Below the pieces are notes generated by a model, which searched no databases, was not told the DNA's origin, and worked only from the letters and a program-made list of their open reading frames with translations. DNA of 64,000 nt, taken from Eledone cirrhosa (lineage: Eukaryota). Made by a program: the position numbers and the translations under genes. Each line of letters starts with the position of its first letter. Positions within the stretch are counted from its first letter, which is position 1. Positions 55,723-64,000 of the stretch are shown here, piece by piece. Location: positions 43,214,001 to 43,278,000 of the forward strand of contig OZ024746.1 in NCBI GenBank assembly GCA_964016885.1. Reading direction: 5' to 3'.

Positions 55723-58007
55723 ATAATGATGATAATAATTTCTAACATTGACATAAGGTCACACACTTATACAGGAAAAGAGTTAATTATATTGACCATA
55801 GTACTTGAGTTGTACTTATTTCATAAAACCTACAAGATTGAAAGCAATCATTTGGAGCATGCCAGTCTCAGCTGACAGCGAGATCAAATCAAACTATCTA
55901 GACATAATTATCAAAGACCAGAATAAAATTCTCAATCAATTCTGACCAAACATCACCAGGATGGAGGTCAAGGATCTTGAAATTGAAATAAGCAGGTTGT
56001 GAAAAGAATATAGTAATAAATGTATGATAATAAAGAACATAATTTTAAAAAACAGAAAAAAGTGCAGCAGAGCTCACAATTATACACACATACAGAAAAA
56101 AACAGTTTACATTGTCTGAATTCTATATAGGCCACTTTTGATTCAATAGTACAACTTATACAGTGCATGTTCTACAGAACACATACACAAGTAATTCAAC
56201 ACAGCACACATCATATACATTACACATATTTTCAAGTTTTGTTAGACCTTCTGGTGTCCTTTTTTAACGAGAGTTCTTCAAGCTTTATACAATGCTGTTA
56301 GTGAATCACAATCTGTGAGTAAACTTACAACATCCAAGTCAAATAATTTTGTTAAATTTGAAATTTATTTTTTGTTATTTTAAATCTATTTATATTTTTC
56401 AACACTTTATATCACATAGTGATTGATTTTTTTATATATTGTAATTTAGATACAGAAAAAATTAAATAGATTTATATTTATTCAGTGTAAAGAAAACTTT
56501 CTTATGGATTATCTTATCACATTCAGTTCTTTATATTTCCAGGTTTGAAATTTATTTTTACAAGTTAAATTGAAATTACACTGTACAGAATGTAACAGAA
56601 ATATGAAGCCCTTTGTCTGCAGTTATTAGAAACCAATTCTAAACTATTAACTTTATGATGTATATTTTCAACTGTTTTAAAAACATAAAACTTGTTAAAA
56701 GAATCTTAATATTTATTCATTATTTTGCCAACATATTCACATAAAAGGATTTAATTTCTAATAGTTTAATAAAATGTTGAAGGTTAATATTCATAGCATA
56801 AGAACGATTCAATGTTTTGATTTAAAAAAATATATCTATGCCTCAGGATCATAAGAGAATAATTTTATGCAAAGAAATCATAAACAATTTTTTAACTAAA
56901 ATTTGATAATTTTTTCTTATTTATTAATTTTATGATTTAAAATATAATCACAAGAGTAAAATAATTATCAAAAAACTAATCCTGTTTTTTCTTAAACTAA
57001 TAAAGAAATAATAAGGCTAAAGTTTTTAAAAGAAAGTTGTTATCCTTGAATGTAAGTATCTCAGTAATGAACATGCATGTAAATGTAAAAAATTTAGAAC
57101 AAAATCAAGTACTTCACTTTAGTAGTAGCGGTGGTGGTAGTAGTAGTAGCAGCAGCATCAACAACAGAAGTAATAGCAGCAGATGATGATGATAACATCT
57201 GATTATATTTATTTATCTATATTTACAAAGAACTCATTAATTTACAATGCTAGAAAATAAATCTGAGCACTTTTAGATTTCTGCTTAATTATGTCATCTT
57301 TCCTGATTCTGAATTTATGCTTTGATTGATGTATTTTCTGTTCATATACAGGTATGCCTGAGGTCAACTTTGCTCCTCGTCCTTTGTAGGTCGATAAAAA
57401 AAAGTACCAGTCTAGTACTGAGAGTTGATTCTTCCTTTATATCTCTTTCTCATTTCCTCTCTTCCAATTTCTATCCTTCTCTGGAAGAAATCTGCTCTAT
57501 TCAGACCTGGAGAGGAGATGGGCTCTGCTAGGCTTAAAATGCCCAAGAAACACCAGGAGTTACGGGTTCATACATACAAGTATGCAACATTTACAAATAT
57601 CATATATTTAGCTGTGCTTGAATCTTTATTTTTCATGAAAATCGTCAACATTGATGACTGATTGATAACTATTATGACACAATAGTGGAAATATTCATAG
57701 AATTATATATAAAAGTGTTGAATAGCAGTTGTAGTATATGTTGTTTAGCCTTCACATCAGGCATGATTGAGTAGACATATGATCAATCCTGTCTTTTTTA
57801 CAACTAGTAATACAATGTCTAATGTACCCATTATTTTTTTTAAAAGAGAACATGATGTTATTTGAGGGGCATTTGGCTGCTATATCTAGTAGGTCAAATA
57901 AAGATATGGAGGTTTCTTGTTTGCTTTAGTTTAATTTCAGCAAGTGGTTGAAACTGTTAGAAGAGCTAGACAACAGAAAGTCTATACTATACTATATTTT
58001 TACAAAC

Positions 58008-58045
58008 AACAGTGGGTTATGTGATAAATCACATAACCCACTGTT
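58008..58045. repeat. Perfect 18-bp hairpin
   Basis: aacagtgggttatgtgat-aa-atcacataacccactgtt. Confidence 0.95.
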
Positions 58046-59664
58046 TATAACAGTATAATTGAAGACTTTCTCTTTATGTAGTGCACCTCTGCATGTCAAC
58101 CCAAACTGATGCTGCATGTTTCAACTTGAAAAAAGGATTGGATGCATCAATTTGAAACAGCTTGAAATAATTGAAATAAATATCAATAAAAGTTGCATTA
58201 CCAAAATAAAATAGACTATTTGATATTTTCACAAGGTGACATTGAAATTTAAATTATCAAAAGTGTTTTCTCTTCAATATATCTTTGCATTAAAACAAAC
58301 AAAAAAAAGAGGACAATACTTAATGGAAACATCAAAGACTTTAAAATTTTTCTATTTGCTTATGTTTAGAAATTAGAAGTAATGTTATTGTATTGTGTAG
58401 ATGAAGAAACAATTTAAATAACAGAATATCAATGTTAGATGTATAAAATGAGAAATTCTCCTGTATTTATTCCAAAGTTTTTTTTTTCTTTTTTTTTTAG
58501 TTTCAAAGTAACTCAGGGTTCTTGAAGATGGCAGATATGGAAGTAAACAAAAGAAAAAACTTAATCAATTCGTAAAATAAACGTAGTGAATCATATCCTT
58601 ATTATATACTTTCGTGCACAGAAAGATTACTCAATTTACATTATAAATTGTAAAATATGCTTCATACATTCTTTACTTTAACAGAATTCTTTAGTGTCAG
58701 TGTAGAAAATGCATGATTATATTTCCATATCTTTACATATTTATTAATTTGTTCTATCATGATAATGATTATGAGTGTGTGCATATATTTGCATTTGTAA
58801 GCTTGTATGACATGTACAAAAATATCATCATCAGCCTCATGTTTTGTCCATTACACATGCTTGCATGGCTTGGACTTATGTTAAAATCCGAATCAGATCT
58901 TATTCAAGCTTAATGTCTTCTTAGATGTGCAGGAGTATCCCATCTTACTTGATCATTGCCTTTTTGATATGGCTTTTTGTGTGGGTACATTTTATTCATT
59001 TATTTGTCAACTACTTTAATTAAATTGAAACCAACATGAGCAGCATAAAGAGATATCAATAAAGATGTGTATATAGAGACTGACAGATATAGAGCTAGGT
59101 GATGGTAAATGAGTGTGGTAAATGTCAATGATGAGAGATGATGGCTAGCAATAAAGGTGATGAATATGGCAGATCCAATGTAATCTCTTGCTAATTAATT
59201 GTGACAGAAGAGAGGTAAATTGATAAAGGGTTATGGTTGAAGAGATATGGATTGACAATTAGTGATAATGGAGGGGTTGAATATGGACAGATGCTGTCCT
59301 ACATTAAACAGACAGCTTGGTACAATGAATATTAAACATAGTGGGTTATAGATGAAGGGAAAAGATAGATACTTAGCAGGAATATTATTGATGAAACACA
59401 TTGTAGATTATACTATACATCCCAACATTCATCACCACCACCATTATTTTAATGAATATTTTGCCATGCTTGAACCAGTAGTGGTAAGAACTTATTCAGC
59501 ATGAATGTCATCAATCATCACAGTTTTTCATCAGTTTATTCATGATGTTCATTCTCATAAGATTAATATTCACCACTTAATCCAATGTCTTCCTAAGTCT
59601 CTTTCTTACACAGGTTCTGTCTACTTTGAGCAATCAGCATTTCTTGATGCTGTGTACAAGAGAT

Positions 59665-61156
59665 GAGCTGGAGGGGTGCCACTGCAAGACAACTCACAGG
59701 CAAACAACATAGATACAAACTTTACTGGGTAAGAAATGACGATGTGGTAGCTGATTAGGCATTTTACTTACTGAGAAATAGATAGATATGGTGATAGAGG
59801 GAGTTAGAGATAGTGACAGAATTATCAAGCTTAGAATAGCTGTAGGAAATGGAATGGTGACAATTACATCTACCTATGCATCACAGGCAGGACTGGGTAA
59901 AGAACAAAATGACAGGTTCTATGTTCAACTTCAGTTACTGATGAAAGAGACCTCATCATCCCAGCAGGTGACTTTAATGGACGTGTTGGGCAGTATCAGG
60001 ATGGATTCATTAACGTTCACGATGACTATGTTTATGGCTCAAGAAATGAAGAAGAGGTGAGGCTCCTTGCAATACAAATTTCAGGAGACTGGCCAGCCAC
60101 TGATCACATACCAATCAGGTGAACACACAAGCCAGATTTATTTTTTTTACTTAAAAGCAATGCAATAGACAGACAGTAATAAATGCTAAGGCCTTCTCCA
60201 AGCAAAAGTGTGCTTCCCAACACAAGTTAGTTATTAGTGACATCAGATTAAACACAATAGAGATCAAGATATGCAGAAAAACACAGAGACAGAGGGTTTG
60301 AAAGCTAAAGAACATTTTGGTTAAATGTAGATTTAGAAAGGGTCTACATGACGCATTTGATCAGAGGGGTGAGAAGTTAGTTATATATGGCAGAAAGAAC
60401 AATTGAAAATTCTTACATAACAACCTATTGCAATCTACTGATAAGACTTGAAGTTGGAGAAAAGTACTAGCCAGACAGATGGTGACCTGATAGGGGAACA
60501 GCACAGTAGATAGAGCTGTTAAAGCCAAGAGATAGATGTGGAAAGACTGGAAAATTTGAGGTAGGAAAAACCAGTACCAAGTAGCTAAGAGAGAAGCTAG
60601 CCAACAGAAATACATAGCTTGGAAACAAGCTGAAGAAAAAACATTTACCAATGTCTTGCAACGTGAGAGAAAGAGACATGAAGTATTTCACACTGTGAAA
60701 CAGTGTGTCAGTGTGAATCTTGATGTTTCAGAAATGTGTGTTAGAAATGATACTGGTGCACCACTGATGTTCAAAGGAAAGAGACCAGGAAATGTTACTA
60801 TGAGCAGATGATGAATGTAGAGAATGAAAGGAGAGAGACTACCTCCAACTTATCCAGTAAAGGGTCTATCTGTAGGTTATTCACTAAGCAACAGAGGGGA
60901 GGGTGGTCTGTGAAAGCATAATGGCTAGAATAAGGATAAAATGGAAGAAGTTTAGTGAACTTCTCCGACTGTTGACTAGAGAGGTTTCTCACTACATACA
61001 AAAGATAGCTGCATGACGATTGTGTGAGTAAAACATGGGCAGTGACTGCAGAGGATATGCTTGGACTGGAGAAAAATAAAGCTACTATGCTTTGTTGGAT
61101 GTGCAATGTAAATTTGAGAGAAAGGTAGAGCCTGAATGAACTAAGAGAGAAACTGG
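59665..61156 (+). mobile_element. Decayed RTE LINE (APE endonuclease, linker, C-terminal part; RT largely deleted)
   Basis: WRGATARQLTGKQHRYKLYW, SDRIIKLRIAVG..TITSTYASQAGL, AGDFNGRVG, ITYQSGEHTSQI, SQHKLVISD, then KTWAVTAED...MLCWMCNV. Confidence 0.85.
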
Positions 61157-61779
61157 GTTTCTCTCTTGCATACTTTATATTAAAGTGTTTTTCTCATCTT
61201 ATTTTTATCCTATTGTTGAGGTACTTAAAATGCACAGAATCAGTGGAGCATGCTGGCTTTATTATTTCCAGGAATTACAATGCCCATATCTCACCACCAT
61301 ACAGTATTGTACTTCCCAAATCCTGGTTTCTCAGACATCCTTAAAAGCTTCATGCTTCTGCACATGCATATTAGCCCAATCAATACATCCTTCATGTTTC
61401 ATGCTAACACAATAATTGAGTGCTGTTCTTGCCACTAGCACATCATTTGCGATGTCTCTTTAGCTCACCACCTCTAAGCAATGCATGAACTCTTTTTCTG
61501 CTTTACCATTTACTCTGGTTTTATTTCTTTGCTATAGATAGATTTTCTTTTTCTCCTTTATGAGACCCATCACCTGTTGTTGATTATGACCGCCATCAAT
61601 TCCCACCTAACTAGTTTGCTGATCTGGAACCTGAAATTTTTCCATGCAGAGAAGGAAATATTTAGCTTCCAGTAACCAGGTCACTGTCTGTTAATCTGTT
61701 CTAAGTTGACTGTACTAGTCATGAGTTTGTGATCTGTGTAGCCAACTATCAAATGTTGTAACTTACATTATTTCTGTAC

Positions 61780-62150
61780 GACAACTTAATGGAAACATTA
61801 TCAAAATAGAATCTGGATAAGCCACTGTAATTTGTCTAAGACCATATTAGCATCTCTGGAAAATTGAGGCAAACCTGTTACACAACTGGAAGTATCTGAG
61901 AAATTTGGTGAGATTTTGCATTCCTCTCCTATCCATTGACCTCACACAATCCATGCATGCATCTAAAACACCTCTATTAATGAGCAAGATGTCCCCAGAA
62001 ATGTCTCTAAGTGCCTGGAGAAATCTGGCCACCTTACTCTTGTTGGAGTGTACATGACCACCAGGCTCCTCCTGTCAAAACCTTCTGACCTAGCTGTTGC
62101 ATCTAGAAAAACTTAACTCTGTTCAGACCTTTCTGAAACAGTACCACTAC
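61780..62150 (+). mobile_element. Highly decayed RTE-type RT fragment
   Basis: RQL.E, DKPL and WKYLRNLVRFCIPLLSIDLTQSMHA resemble RT segments (LRQLQEK..KPLY; LW..L.KFG.P...I.SMH). Confidence 0.45.
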
Positions 62151-62200
62151 ACCACTTGATCTGGGCTGACCAAAGATTGTATATATATATATGCACATCT

Positions 62201-62236
<36 letters not shown>

Positions 62237-62238
<2 letters not shown>

Positions 62239-62471
62239 CACGACAAAAAACACACAGTCCACGCTGTAATGTGGCCATGTAGGTAACACGGTAAAAACCT
62301 CCCAATCCACACTGTAAACGTGGTTGGTGTTAGGAAGGGCATCCAGCCGTAGAAAACCCGCCAGACAGTCCTATACGAGCAGGACAACAAATCTTGCCTC
62401 AAGTGGGAAAACTCCCGTCCAAACCCATGCAAGCGTGGAAGATGAACGTTAAACGGTGATGATGATGATGA
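62237..62471 (+). mobile_element. RTE 3'UTR fragment inserted next to (TA)n
   Basis: Close match to 48546-48766; ends ...aacgttaaacggt(gat)n. Confidence 0.88.
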
Positions 62472-63548
62472 TATACACATAAGTATGCATAAATACACAC
62501 ACACATTATATATATATATACATATATAACTGAAAAGACAGAGTTTAAAGTGCTTGATATAACTTTTAAGTAAATTGACCATTTTAGTAGTGCCATGATT
62601 AAATAGGTTATTACTTGGGTTTAATGATACTAAATAATTATTTCTAACTTCGTATGTATTGGTATGAGAGGCATCTTTTATACATAGCATCAATGTGTAT
62701 ATATTGGAATAATAAAAAGCAAAGTTAATTAAGTATATATAAGGCTAGAAAAATCATTATTATCCAAGATATGGAATCATTTATTGATTATTCAAGGGTC
62801 TTATTACTAACTAGGTACAGAATCTGTTGAAGGGAAAATGCAATAAACTAATTACTAAAAAGCCATGCAGCAAAATGGAATGAAGTTGTGAATACTTTCA
62901 AAATAATAATGAAAGAAGTAAAAATCAGTCAGATTTATGTAATTCTGTAATGTTGAAGCAAGTAGCTGACTTCTTTACTAGAACTTGTTATTGTCATTTT
63001 AACATTTTTCTATTTCGTTACATTTATTGTGTGTCTGTATTGAAATTCTGATAAAGGAATTGTAATGAACATAAAATCCATTGTGACTGAGAATTTTTAC
63101 TTAGAAGAAAATGTTTTCTATATGACACTTAGAGTGGATAGTCTATTTGTTGCTAAAATAAAGTATTGTTATTAAAAAGGTCTATGAAAGATGGACATTT
63201 CTTTCTGTCACTAAGGATAGGAGACATTATGAGAACAGAATGTGACTGACTACATGTGTTGTCATATAAATTTGCTGTTCCAGTATTTCAAGTAGCGTGA
63301 TCTCCCATGTATTTTAAATATCATATTAACAACCTTAACTTATTCTGTTTCACACTTCCATTTGAAAACTATCATAGTCAAGCTTGCACATAAATATATA
63401 TCAGATAGAAAGCATTATTCATCTTATGTTTGTTAAAATTAATATATTCAATATAATAATGGATAAGTATATAATAATTGCAATAAATATAATGGATTCA
63501 GATATAGAAACCATTTTCTGAGAAATTCTCTGCCTCCTCACATTGAAC

Positions 63549-63965
63549 TGTTGATAGAGACCTACATTCCGCAGGCTCACATACATTCTCTGTGCGTGAT
63601 TTGGCTCAGTTCAGCCAATCAGCACCAGTAGAAGAGGATGTATCCCTACGCGCCCTGAGGAAGAAATTCCCCGCGAAGATTTGAAGAATCTCTCTCTTGT
63701 ACCGGAAACTTCAAGCCAGCAACACGCATAATGTAACGGTGAGATTTGCACCCTAGCCTCGCCGGCTTAACGGCGCAATGGCACATTCCCTTTTGTAACC
63801 TCTTTTTATCTGTAACTTCAACCATATAAGTTAACAAACATTGTTTGTATTACATCAAAAATAAACAAACATTTCATCTCTAATTACTGCTGTTGAAATC
63901 ATTATTATGTTACTCGTGTCTCAATAACATCTATAATCCATGCTGCTGGAATTGGCGACCTGACG
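63549..63965 (+). mobile_element. Probable LTR followed by a primer-binding-site-like sequence (Ty3/Gypsy-like)
   Basis: A GC/CpG-rich island starts TGTTGATAGAGAC (63549) and has GTCTCAATAACA (to 63929) as an imperfect inverted end. It contains CCAAT at 63615, AATAAA at ~63860, and TGGCGACCTGAC at 63953. Confidence 0.55.
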
Positions 63966-64000
63966 AAAGGAATATTGTAAATAGATGGTAAATAGATCGA

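Overview
AT-rich eukaryotic, non-coding DNA. The SINE, LINE and Penelope content and the (TA)n load point to a coleoid cephalopod such as Octopus (inference). I could not identify a host protein-coding gene, tRNA, rRNA or CRISPR array, and almost all long ORFs in the track are microsatellite artefacts or retroelement remnants. The core is a ~16 kb nest (14.8-30.5 kb): one compound (TA)n satellite split by Penelope-like elements (PLEs) of several families, two CR1-group LINE 3' halves and an RTE LINE. Elsewhere are RTE LINEs with a Cys-rich insert, a BovB-like RTE, Dong/R4-like fragments, a decayed GalEa-like Copia, two tRNA-SINE families, piggyBac-type MITEs and a probable LTR plus primer-binding site at the right edge. 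Most notable are five minimal type-I hammerhead ribozyme motifs (four distinct sequences), one of them in a compact, structured, ORF-less ~380 bp element. Fold-back hairpins sit exactly at retroelement truncation points, and there is a perfect 146-bp palindrome. Family assignments come from remembered motifs, not database searches.
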